Source: Amphiscolops sp. MND2022
Lineage: Eukaryota
Direction: 5' to 3'
DNA length: 64,000 bases
Assembly (NCBI GenBank): GCA_964187785.1
Contig: OZ076409.1
Location: forward strand, 95,234,001-95,298,000
In this document: positions 51,700 through 63,347 of the stretch, in pieces
Numbering within the stretch: position 1 is the first letter of the stretch
Layout: the number at the start of each line of letters is the position of its first letter
The notes under the pieces: generated by a model
What the model saw: the letters and a program-made list of their open reading frames with translations, nothing else
Databases searched by the model: none
Told to the model about the DNA's origin: nothing
Translations under genes and position numbers: made by a program

Positions 51700-54075
51700 T
51701 GAATTTATCAGGGTGCGCTGTATATATAAGCATCATATAAAATTATAAACATAAAAGTGCAAACATAAGATAATTTAGCCCCTGAAAAGGCTTCCTATAA
51801 GCACTTAGGCTTTTCAAGAGGAAACCTTTTGAAATGATTTTTTTGTGTTTTTTCAGTTTTTTTTGTGTGTGTGTGGTAGAGATTTGACATTTAATTAACC
51901 GTTTCAATCTATCCAGCTGAAAAAATTCTAATTGCATATAAGATCAATCAAGTCACCATTTCCAAAAATGTAGAGATCTGCAATTTGGTGGTAGTAATTT
52001 TGGAAACAGTTTTCGTCCATTTCGCATATCAGTTCGTCTGTAAATAAAACACCCCACTTGCGCAATGCATTGATGAGTATGATTGCCCGAGAATCTAGCC
52101 TATCATTTTCTCCTGTGCAATTCCATATATTTAGACTACCATTTCTTGTTTGTCTATTTTGCGTTCCAATGCAAAGACTTTTGAAACCATTTCGTATCTG
52201 GTTAAGGGAAAATTTGAAGATTTCATAAACATGATACTCAAACACTGTTCTAATTTTTAATTCGTTGAATTTTTCAGTAACACTAGTTCTGGTTGGAAGC
52301 CTTAAAGCTATCCTCATTAGTTTTTTTTGTAATAAGAAAATTTTTAGCAATTTAGTTTTTGGGCCCAAGCCATACAGAAGCACGCCATACTGAACCAGAG
52401 GTGATATAAACGATCGAATATATTGTACTAACTGTTTTTCGTTCAACGTTGCCCTTAATTTGTACAAGATTCCGCTTTGTTGCGCCAATTTGGCAATAAC
52501 ATGATTAATGTGCTCTTGGAAGTTCAATTTTTTATCGAAATGTATACCCAAGTATTTATAACTCTCACAAGAGGAAACTTCATGATCCCCAATAAAAATG
52601 TTCGGATACTTCACAGATTTCTTCTCAAAAACGACAAACTTTGTTTTCGTGTAATTACAATCCAAGCGATTCATTTCTGTCCAATTTTGGAACAAAGTTT
52701 TATCATCAGACTTTGTATTTAGCTTTTCGATCATAACTGTATCATCCGCATACTTTATTATTTTACTCTGCCATTTTTCATCGGCGCCCAAATCATTAAT
52801 ATAAACAAGAAATAAGAGAGGGCCAAGTACAGATCCCTGTGGGACTCCACGTTTTATTAATTTCATGGATGAGCATTTATCCTCAATTTTCACATACTGA
52901 CACCTATTCGTTAAGTAACTCGTTAGGAGTTTATGAGAAACTCCTCTGATACCGATTCGATTCAATTTATTCAACAGAACGCTGTGATCAACTGCATCAA
53001 AAGCTTTCCTGAAATCAATAAAAACAGAGTTCGTTTTAATTTTGGACCTCCAATTTGCTTCTATTTCTTTAAAAAGTGATGTTGCGGCTTGGATAGAATC
53101 TTTCTTTTTTCTGAACCCATATTGATTTTCCGAAAGAATTCCAAATTTTTCAAAATAGTTCATCAATCTTCTGTGTATTACCTTCTCGAAGAGCTGTGAT
53201 AAATTACCCAGAATAGAAATCGGCCTGTAATTGGAAGCTAAACTTGTTGCACCAGCTTTAAAAATTGGTATTACTTTAGCAATTTTCATACTTTGAGGAA
53301 ACACTCCTGCATATATGCAATTGTTGAAAGCAGTTTTTAGATAAGGACTAACAATTCGGGAAGCTTTCTTTAATACGGCGACCTCAATGCAATCCATGCC
53401 AACAGATTTTTTGTTTTTCAATGTGGAAATGTGTTTCGAAACTTAATCCTCAGTAACTGGGCGCATGAATATTGATTGCGGTTGTTCAACCTGCTGACTT
53501 TTAAAACGATGAGTTAATATTGTGTCTGAGGTATCAGCAGCAGTTATGAAAAAATTATTAAAATCTTCTGCAGATAAATCACATTTTGCTACTTGATTCA
53601 AAGTGCCTTTCACCTTTTTATGTATCTGAAAAATTCTCTCGAATTATTGCGGTCAATTCTAGATTGAACTTCATTCCGCTTTGCGTTTTTAATTTCCATA
53701 TTGACTTCATTTCTTTTTTTCCTGTACTTCTCGTAATCAACAGATGATTTTGTTTTTAACCATAAATGATAATGTTTATCTCTATTTGCTATGTGCCTCT
53801 TAATACAATTTGTTATCCAAGACTTTTTGGGTTCATGGCGTTTCACTTGCTTGGTTGGGAAATATTTATCAGTTGAATCTTTGATTACATGCGCGATCTC
53901 TTCTAGATATGATTCGGCATCTGAATCTTGTTCATTAATTTTACCCAACGAATGATTCAAGAAGAAAAGTAATTTTTCACAGTAAAAAGAGTCTTCTAAT
54001 TTCTTGAGTGATCGATATTCAAAGATGTTTTCCGCAATTTCATAAAAAATTTCGAAAGACAGTTCTAAGCTGTAT
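51661..54075 (-). mobile_element. 5'-truncated CR1/L2-like non-LTR retrotransposon with (TTA)n tail
   Basis: RT ORF, 13 AAT repeats at the 3' end, ataat at both junctions. Confidence 0.9.
51928..53421 (-). pseudogene. LINE ORF2 reverse transcriptase domain (upstream part disrupted and truncated)
   Basis: NYRPIS, QYGFR, DFRKAFD, GVPQGSVLGPLLF, YADD, YKYLG. Confidence 0.95.
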
Positions 54076-54107
54076 ATAATCAAGTATCTCTCTGTTTGTA
54101 CTGCTAG

Positions 54108-54250
54108 CTTCGAGTGCAGTGACGTACACTGACTTCGGCTTCTCGCTGAGCACTCTGAGTCTGCTGGCTGGACCCGACATGAACGAAGATTTCCATCTCG
54201 GCGAGTCGGCCACATTCCGATTCGAGTTCACCACTGCCAACCCTATTCAA
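54108..54250 (+). CDS. Exon of secreted protein gene
   Basis: TAG acceptor, CAA|GTAAGT donor; SSAVTYTDFGF..FRFEFTTANPIQ. Confidence 0.8.
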
Positions 54251-54640
54251 GTAAGTTCCCCAGTTGAAAAACAAGACGGTAACGTCTCAAGTAGGCGCGA
54301 TATCTAAGGCTCAAACAAAATCCAAGATCTTTGGCCCATTTCAGGCTAATTCATGTAAACTAAATTTGTATTAGTTGCCTCTCCAGATTCGAATTATTTA
54401 CAATCCAAAATTGCAACTGAAATATCCAGGCTCGAATTATTTAGGATCGAATTTTACAGGGCACTATAGCAATAGTATAATATGAATGAAATTTTCGCTT
54501 CTTTCGACCGTAGCTAAAATCAAGTCAAAATTCGGTCCCAGATAATTTTGCACATTTTTCGATCCTGCATAATTCGACTCATTTGTACAGCAATCCCATT
54601 TGTATCCCTTTTTTTAAAAGTTTTTTGGTTTTTTTTCCAG

Positions 54641-54778
54641 GACAAGGTCACGATTGACTTCGGGGCATACTACAACGGGTACAGTGCCCTCATTTTCTGT
54701 GAGGAGCCGGAGATAGAGTACACGGCAGGAGATGTGACCATGAGTCAGGACACAATTGATGAGTCAATATCCCCCTCT
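54641..54778 (+). CDS. Exon of secreted protein gene
   Basis: TTTTCCAG acceptor, TCT|GTTAGT donor, phase 0/0; DKVTIDFGAYY.. Confidence 0.8.
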
Positions 54779-55669
54779 GTTAGTCGAATAATTAACCGCC
54801 ACATTTGTGGCGGAAAAACACGTACCTACAAGTAACACTTTGGAAACTTTAGGACATCGTCTCAGAAAAGTATAATATACAGAATTGTGATTAAACAATC
54901 ATCCCCTGGGCGATTTCAGGCTCGATTTTTCGATATTGAAATCAGTCGAATATTTTAGCTTCCTGTTTTGAGTCACAAAAAATCGAGCATAATCACTGTC
55001 AAAATATTTGCAAAAATGTTTTGTTCAAACGAAAAACTATTCCAATAGAAGTTAACTTCCTGTTATGGAAAAAATTCACTTTTGATACGACCAATTTGAA
55101 ATATTTTTGTAATTTTCCCTCGGAAAATTTTGATGGTCGGGGTACAGAAAAGAGCCCTAAAAACGAATGAAAAAATATGTAACTTCTTTTTATAGCGAGT
55201 ACAGTCAATGTTCGTTTTCGGATTTCAAGATATATCGAATACGCTCAATCAGTCAATTATTAGATGAAGTTCAATAGAATTCCGAAGCATTCCAAAAAAA
55301 TCAAGTTTTGCATCATTCAAGTTGTTTATGAAAGCTTTTTGAGTAGTTAGAGGAAACTGGTTAACTCATCCCCTGGTTATGAGATGGAAACAAACAATTT
55401 TTGACCGAAAATTCAAAATGGAAAATATCACAGAGGTTATTAAGTACTTTTGCGGTAAAGCACAGAGTTAAAATGGTAAATGTAGCAAATTCATATTTCC
55501 GAATACTTCATGATTTATTCGAAATATTTCAATATAATTCAAAAATTTAACAACTCTGAACAAAACAAACATATTCGAAAGATGCTTTGAATTTGTGTCA
55601 ATTTGGATGCTCTCTCTTGACTAATATCATTATATTTTGTGCAATAGCAAGTATTACGAAATGAACACA

Positions 55670-56514
55670 CAGTGTAAAAACTCTTGGATTACCAATATTT
55701 TGGATTTTCCTACAAAATCCTGCTACCTCTTGAATTTCTTGGTAAAATCTTAGAAAGTCTTACTTCTTCCAAAAAATCTCGAATTTCTTGACAGGAATCT
55801 TGCCAAGAGTTTTATAAAAAAATCCAGGAGGTGAAAATTTTGATTTATTCAAAATTTAATGTGGTTTCGCAAATTTTTGAACTGGGGCCTGTTTACAGTA
55901 AATTTGGGGCCATGGTATGGGAAAATCTATACAAATTACCCTTTTATCTGCAAATTTACGGCCAATTTCAAAGGACAATTTCTAATTCTGCAACTTTTTA
56001 ATCTTATATGATTAATTTTGAGTCTCGAACATTAAAATTTTAGATCCCAAATCCGTACTAGTTGGAACTTGTTTTCAATCCTTCCAGATAATAACTTTTG
56101 CCTAATTTAGATATGAATTTGCAATTAATAGAGCAGATTTCAATGGTTTTAGAACTTCATCTGCATTTTTTTGGATCTTACATGATCAGTTTTGTGTCTG
56201 AAATTTTTACATCGTAATTCCATAATGCTGGATATTTTTGGATACTTTATTAGCTCATTTGCCGAGAAATCTGAAGGTTTTATGATGACTCAGGTTCTAA
56301 ACGGGAATCTTGAATCCTATTGCATTTTCTTGCCTTTTCTTGTCTTTTCTTCAAACTCTTTATAAGAATCTTGGGTCTTCTTGAATTTCTTGGCACGATC
56401 TTGCAAGATTTTGCAAATTCTTGGATTTTTTGGTAAGAGTCTTGGCAAGATTCTTACCAAGAAACCCAAAAATATCCAAGATTCTTACTAAGAGTTCCAA
56501 GAGTTTTTACACTG
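55670..56514. mobile_element. MITE with terminal inverted repeats
   Basis: CAGTGTAAAAACTCTTGGA..TCCAAGAGTTTTTACACTG plus subterminal TCTTG/CAAGA repeats. Confidence 0.7.
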
Positions 56515-56653
56515 GGCGGCGCTTTGGTTTTTCCGGCGAGGAGAAGTGACGCGAATTGAAAATGTTTTCGAATAAATTATACACAGTGACAGAGCCATAT
56601 CTCTTGATCTCGATAAATTGGGGGGCGATAAAAATAAGTTATGCATTATACTA

Positions 56654-56885
56654 ATAACAAGACGCCCGCTAAACACCGGGATATTTTCCGCCTTCTCAAA
56701 AAGAATCAGGAGAGGAGGTGAGATTCGAACCCAAAATCTACTGATTGATAGTACCTGAAATAGTCAAGTAACTAAAAAAGTCAAGTAGTGGATGGAGATG
56801 ATGGAGATTTGGCAAAATTTGTAAAAAAACGCATCACAGATCATGATTTTCCTCCCCCATTATATGTGGGCGGAAAATAATAATA
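56654..56885 (-). mobile_element. Helentron-type non-autonomous element, family B (fragments also near 5210-5245 and 6620-6765)
   Basis: Subterminal inverted repeat ATTTTCCGCC/GGCGGAAAAT, 3' end ..CTTGTT. Confidence 0.5.
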
Positions 56886-57104
56886 AAATGACCAACAGAT
56901 TAAAATAATGAACAGTGTTAATTGAAACGGTAATCTCTTCAACATTTTTTTTCTATGTTCTGGATTTTCAAATTCAACAGCAATTCTTCTTCTGTAATGA
57001 TGTCTAAGATTCATTTTCATTGAAATGTATGAGAACTTTGGATCCAAAGGCTTTGTGGGAATTTTGTTCCAGAGTTTCCGGGTGAGTGGTTAATTTTTGT
57101 TCAG

Positions 57105-57314
57105 TTCGATACGATGAAGCTGGACTTCGGGTCTGTGGACTGGCCCGCTCAGACAACCTTCTCCATCACCTTCAGTGTGATGCTGATCAACCACGAGAAG
57201 TACGTCCCGGCCAGTGTGGAGTGTTGCTACTGGTTCGGAGCGGGGGTCGAGTACAACAGCGGAATGGCCAACTGGGTCACCGACATCGCTTTCAGTCTCG
57301 CCGAGAGATCCACT
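57105..57314 (+). CDS. Exon of secreted protein gene
   Basis: TTGTTCAG acceptor, ACT|GTGAGT donor, GC-rich codons; FDTMKLDFGSV..YWFGAGVEY.. Confidence 0.85.
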
Positions 57315-57330
57315 GTGAGTATTGAAAATA

Positions 57331-57865
57331 AAACAAGCCGGGAACGGCCCAAGTCGGCGCCATGTCTAGGGCTCAAAAATAGCAAGAGGACTTCAAAGTG
57401 TCAAGTCTTCTCTTCTACAGTACCACGCATGAAGAAAAATTGAAAAAAATTCAGAAATTTTTTTTGAATTTTTTTGGTCTCCGGTAAGTCGCATAGTGCC
57501 GAAAAATGTAAAAGGGTGCCTTTGGGAGTTTTTGAACATTCATTCTTTTGCAAAACAGGAAAAATTTGAAGGGGGACTTTTTGGAGACATTTAAAAAAAA
57601 TTGCGAAAGAAAGTCTCAGAAAGACGAAAAACCTGCACAAAAAAATTTTGATCAAGGGCGAGACTCGAACCCACGTCCTTCTGGTTGGCAGACCTCACAA
57701 AATCCTCAAAATCAGAAGCAGAAGAAGCTACTTTAGTGTGGCAGTTAGTGGAAGACAGCTTATAAAGCTCTAAGATCTGTCACTTCGTTGGTCTTAAAAA
57801 AAGAAAAAAAAAGAGAAAAGTCACTACCATAGTGTGCGTTTTTCTACGAAAGTGCCGACTAAAAA
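57331..57865 (-). mobile_element. HINE family A copy with B-box
   Basis: Collinear with 6901-7449; both termini present. Confidence 0.65.
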
Positions 57866-58291
57866 TTGAGGAGGACCCGTTGGATACATTGAAAAATTTT
57901 TGGAAAAAAAAACAAAAAATGGGAATTTTGAACCATCTCATAGTGCCGAAAAATGTAAAAAGCCGACCCTTTAGGATGTTTTACCATCCATTTTGTTGCA
58001 AAATATCAAAAAAGTTGAAGGGGACCCTTTGGAGACATTGAAAAATTTTCGAAAAAAGTTTCACAGTACCGAATAAAAAAAATCAAAAGGAGGGCTTTAG
58101 AAATGAAATAAATGATACGGGGGACTTTTTGCACTAACTTAGATGCGTTTCCGAGGTATTCGCTCAGCTGAACAAACTGAACAAAAAATTTCGTCGCATT
58201 CGCACATGTCTTGAAAATTTTTCTAAAACGAGTGACTAAGAGCCGAGCTCTTTTATTCTAAAAGCGCCGACTATAGTATGTAGTATACCAG

Positions 58292-58369
58292 CACATGTAT
58301 TTTGATACAAAAACAATGTTTGTATTATTATAATGATACAAACATTGTTTTTGTATCAAAATACATGTG
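58292..58369. repeat. 78-bp spacerless palindrome
   Basis: 39-bp arms, one mismatch. Confidence 0.95.
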
Positions 58370-59008
58370 TGTTTTTATGGCGACCGTGAGTAACGCTTAA
58401 ATAATTCAGGTAATGCTAGAAGTTAGTAGAGAGGCTAGTAAAGAAAAATGAAACGATTGAAATTATTAGGTGAAAAGAATTCATTATGCAAAAAGATTTA
58501 TGATGGTACGCTGTTCAAGATCGTGCCATGATTTTGTCTCGGAACTGAACATTTTGGTATCACCCTGCTAAGTTACTCATTACTGATTCTCATCGATTGT
58601 TCAAAAGTCAATACTTCGAAAGACGGCATGGTCAAATTTGTTTTGAGTAGGCGCCTTAATGTGATTAATACCCGGCTATTGTAGTAGCTTTTGAGAGTTT
58701 TTTTCAATCCGGACGAACTGACCAAATTAGTTCTTTAAAAGTTCTCCAAAACCTTCAAATCTACCAGTTGGCCCAACACGCTATATCCGAATTTTTGACT
58801 TTCTATCAGAAGTACACTTTATTTTACTGAGGAGGAGGAGGATGTTCGAAATAAAGCGCTCCTATGTTCAATATTCTTTCAAAGTCGAACGAAAAGCAAA
58901 CTGTATCCGAACTTTGATTTTATGTCCGACGTTATTGGTATTGTTTCGGTACTGTGAAATTGAGAGTTTATTCAAAAGAAAACCCTTGACGCTTGGAAGT
59001 ACTCTTGA

Positions 59009-59904
59009 TTTTTAGTCAGCGCCTTTTCCCTTAAGGAAAAAAGCCCGACTCTTACAGTGAGTAGTTTTTTGTTTTTTTTTCAGTTGACAATCTCACTCTG
59101 AGTGGTCCAATTTTTACAATCTTTTGTTCCTTTGTTTTCTGAGAAGCTTAGTTTTTCATAACTAATTTTCTGAGAAGCAGGAGGTCGTGGGTTCGATTCT
59201 TGTACTAAACCACAAATTTTTTTTTGAAAATTATCGAATTCTATCAAAGGGTACCCACTTGCATTTTTTTGAAGTTTTCGGTTCCAAAAAACGTTTCATG
59301 AGCCTAAATGGCCTCTTTTCTAAGTTTTTCGGCATTGTGCAACTTTTTTTAAAAAAATTTTTTTTCCGAAAAAAATTTTCCAAATCTTTCCAATAGTTGT
59401 TCCTTGAATATTTTTGAGCCTTAGATATGGCGCCGACTTGGGACGTTCCCGTCTTGTTTCGTTTTGTTTCGTCAGACTACAATCTCACTCTGATTGGTCC
59501 ACTTTTCTTACAATCGAAACTACTAAAACTACTACCATAAGGCCAAGTCCAGTCAGCGGAAATTAGTGCATAAGGGTCCCCCTTTCATTTTTTACTTTTT
59601 AAACGTAACCTACAAAACCGGACGAGACTAAAGGGTCCCCCCTTTCGATTTTTTTCGGCATTGTGCGACTTTTTTCGAAAATTTTTTAATGTCTCAAAAG
59701 AGTCCCCCTTTCGAGTTTTTTGATATTTTGTAACAGAATATATGTTAATAAAGCCCAAAGGGTCCCCCCTTTACATTTTTTGGCACTATGCGACATTTTC
59801 TGAAAGAAAAAATTCAAAAATTTCAAGTTTTTTTTCAAAAAACAAGTCTTTTGCGCTTTTTGAGCCTGAGATATAGTACCGACTTTAGACGTTCCCGTCT
59901 TGTT
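59009..59904 (+). mobile_element. Two tandem HINE family A copies (3' ends at 59458 and 59904)
   Basis: Ends gacgttcccgtcttgtt; first copy has B-box GGGTTCGATTC. Confidence 0.6.
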
Positions 59905-60077
59905 GAGCCTTATGGCGTCAACTTATGCCATTGCCGACTTTTTTCAATTATGTTGATGAAAAAGCCATAAATAGCACCAAGTAGCCTAGTAGCAGCACAT
60001 CCTAGACCGAACCCTCATTTTGTACGATTTTTTTAGTTTCCTTTCTGGGCACTATGCCGCTTTCTTGACGGCTGGTA

Positions 60078-60460
60078 CGGTTGGGCGACAATTCGTCCCA
60101 AGCGTCAATTCGTCCCAATTTGAAAAGGCGACAATTCGTCCCATTTGTAAAAAGCGACAATTCGTCCCAAATTGTTTAATTGATCAGCTAATTACCAACA
60201 TTTTGAAGGTTGAAATGTAAGAAATAATAATCAACTACAAATGATTTCATTTAAGCACGTGACAACAATGTAAAAATGTTGCATTTTAACGTATTAGTCG
60301 TAGAATGTTAAAATTAATTGTTGGTACCTGCCTCTAATTGTAATCTTTCCGAATTCATTATCACAAAGTTCCTTTTGTCTCCTTTTCAAAATGGGACGAA
60401 TTATCGTTTTTTTGGAATTTGGAACGAATTGTCGCTTGGGACGAATTGTCGCTTTACGGA
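60078..60460. mobile_element. Non-autonomous element with repeat-built inverted ends (MULE/Phantom-like MITE)
   Basis: GCGACAATTCGTCCC x4 on the left, inverted x3 on the right; exact ends unclear. Confidence 0.55.
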
Positions 60461-60586
60461 CGAGTAGTGAGTATACGGATGTGCATGGTCTCCATAGATT
60501 AAATTCAAACAAAAAAGACAGCTTTTCCGCAAAACATTGTCGGTGCCAATATAGTGACAAAAAGTTTTGGGTATTTGTGGTTTCAG

Positions 60587-60724
60587 GAGACAAGTGAGAT
60601 TCTGGAACTTACTGAGAGGCAAGAGGCCCAACTGGTGATGGGCGGGGGAGCCGGGTCGAGGATCGTGAACCTTGTCATGCCCCTCAGCACTACTCCTAGT
60701 CTGATAGTGACTGCCAGACTCAAG
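60587..60724 (+). CDS. Exon of secreted protein gene (donor at 60724 GC or 60706 GT)
   Basis: TTTCAG acceptor, phase 0; ETSEILELTERQEAQLVMGG.. Confidence 0.75.
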
Positions 60725-60869
60725 GCAGGCACCGCATTTGGCTGCACATTGATGCACATGGATGAACATTGATGCACATTGATGCACATATAGATCGTTT
60801 CAAAAAGTTCACGAGACTAGGTACCAGCCTTTTAGCAAGCGATGCTATCGCATCAATTTGTGCAACGAC

Positions 60870-61070
60870 GCGAGGCAAACGCGCATCTGACGCCCTTGCA
60901 AAATTGATATACCATTTTAAAGATACAAACCCGGATTATGCAAACTCAGCAATTGCTCAGATTTTCTCGATTTCCGAGTCAACACTTAGAGGAATCCTTA
61001 AGCGGCGTATTGGGCAGCAAAAAGTCAAATTGGGTCAAAAATCTGTACTCGCAAAACGAATCAAGCGTCA
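60870..61070 (+). pseudogene. Tc1/mariner-like transposase N-terminal HTH fragment within a repeat-rich non-autonomous element
   Basis: RGKRASDALAKLI..NSAIAQIFSISESTLRGILKRR..GQKSVL; flanked by GATGCACAT and CCATCGATGG repeats. Confidence 0.55.
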
Positions 61071-62448
61071 GATGAGCATCGATGAGGTTTTTCTAATGAT
61101 GATGCCATCGATGGGTCATCAATGGACCATCGATGACCCATCGATGGGAATCGAAATTTTCGGTCAAAAAATTCGTTCGACTTGGCCATGTTCAAAATTT
61201 CAACAAAAGTCTCGCCATTAAAGTTTTTCAGTCTATTTAAGTTTTGTTTGGGATTTTGGGAATGCCCAAATATTTTATTTTGAAATGAAGTTATACATAG
61301 TTATCGATATTATTTATCTTTGTGAAAAACCGGATTCTGTTGATTTCCCAAGGAGAAAACACCAAATTTTTTGATACAAAAACGTATTCTAAGAGTGGAA
61401 TTTCTGCATATTTCAGATATTTTTTCTTCTTACAAGCAGATGGTTTTCTCAGCAATGGGAGCTTGATTCCGTCGCATTTTTATACGTATAATTGCAATTT
61501 TGCCAGGTTTCCAATTTTTTTTCAAACAATTCAAGGACAAGGCTCCGAAATAAGTGATTTCCAGGCTCGAGAAAGCTTACTCAGGCTCAAAAGGAATTGA
61601 GAGTAGGTTAAAATTAGATATAATTAACCCTAAAATGCTCCACAAGTGCCCCCATGCGCTGGGAGATAATTCAAATTCCATCGATGGGCCATCGATGCCC
61701 ATCGGAAAAAACTGCGCTGGCCATCGATGGGATTTGAATGGAGTCTCAGTACGGGTACGAACTCAATATGCTGAATCTTTAGTTTTTTAAATCTATAGTC
61801 CAACAGATAAGATTATTCAGACCAATGGATGACGTCATTAACAAATTAATTAGTTCTAGTCTCGCGAACTTTTTGAAACGATCTATAGCTGTACGTACAT
61901 AGATGCACATGCAAAACAGATAAAGTGACCTGCTTTGAATTTTTTTTCAATAATTCACATCAATGTACAATGATCTAGCACGACTTTTCGACAAATTTTT
62001 TCAAATGATGTAAGAGTGATTTGAACCTGAGGAATGATTAAATTATGGCTATAGAAACAAAAGCATATAGAACTGGTTAATAAAAAAAGCAAAAATGGAA
62101 CTTTTTGTCTCTGAATTTTCGTAAAATAAAGCAGTATCGCAGAGGCTATGTAAAGAAAAATATCCAAACAAGATAATGTGACAAATTTTGTCGGGAATCA
62201 CACAACTACGAAGTTTGTGTGTATTTTTTGAATACACGGAAGTGTATACTGTATGATGGTTACTTAACTTTTGATCAAGCAAAATCTCATTCGATGTCAA
62301 GTTTAAAAACTTCCAAATACATGATTTTCAAGAAAAAAACCGTTTTTTCCAATCTGCAATTAAATAATAAAAACTCGCTAGAATTCCGAGGAACACAAAT
62401 GGCTTCTAAATTTGAAAATTGCGAGCCGAATGCGGTCTCTGAATTCAG

Positions 62449-62571
62449 GAAGACGAACCCTTTTACGCTGGATCCGAAGACAAAATCTGTCTCTGTGACT
62501 TTTCGGTCATTGCTGCAACCAAGAGTTTCTACGGGTGTGGGGATGTTGTGCTTCCATTGTTCGACAAAATA
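62449..62571 (+). CDS. Exon of secreted protein gene
   Basis: TTCAG acceptor, ATA|GTGAGC donor, phase 0/0; EDEPFYAGSEDKICLCDFSV.. Confidence 0.75.
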
Positions 62572-62915
62572 GTGAGCCCTCCTTTCAACGAATCAGAATG
62601 CATCAAGGAAATCAAACTGGATTTTGGACCAATGGCTAAACTCGGAGTTTCAAGTGAGTTTCACACACAATTCAACCAAAGTTTGAAGTGATTTTGACAA
62701 CAAATACTGCTCCTAATTAGACAGATCGTGGCGCAAAGAATCCTTTTTTTAGAAATTTTTGAGCTACTAAAGATTTTTTGAACCAACAAACACCAAAAAT
62801 CAAAAGGGGACCTTTTAGTGGAATGAAAAATTTCTCGAAAAACCCTCAGTGCTGAAAAACCCCAAAGGGGCATTATTTGATACGGTTTGGCCTTGAAACA
62901 GGGTTCTAGATACGT

Positions 62916-63333
62916 TTTTAGTGGGCACTTTTCTAGTGAAAATTGCCCGACTATTGCAGTGACTAGTTTTTTTTTCTTTTTTTTCGTCAGACCACAGACC
63001 TCACCCTGTATGTACCACTTTTTAGTACAGACTTTATTCGGTTCACGGGGAACCCAGCGGTCACGGGTTCGAGTCCCTGCTTCAGCCAGTAACTTTTTCG
63101 AGCATTTGCGAAAACGGACGAGACTGAAGGGTCCCCTCTTTCAATTTTATTCGGCACTGTGCAACTTTTTTTCGAATTTTTTCGCCTTCAAAAGGCCCCC
63201 TTCATTTTTTTGATATTTTGCAACAAACTGGATTTTCAACAAGCCCAATGTGTAACCCCCTTTAACGATTTTAAAAACTTTGCGCTTTTTGAGCCTTAGA
63301 TATAGCGCCGACTTTAGACGTTCCCGTCTTGTT
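62916..63333 (+). mobile_element. HINE family A copy with B-box
   Basis: GGGTTCGAGTCCC at ~63065; ends gcgccgactttagacgttcccgtcttgtt. Confidence 0.6.
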
Positions 63334-63347
63334 ATTTGTTCAGAGCG

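Noticed and set aside
51536..51736. Poly-tyrosine ORF
   Set aside because: Translation of the LINE (TTA)n tail and tandem repeat
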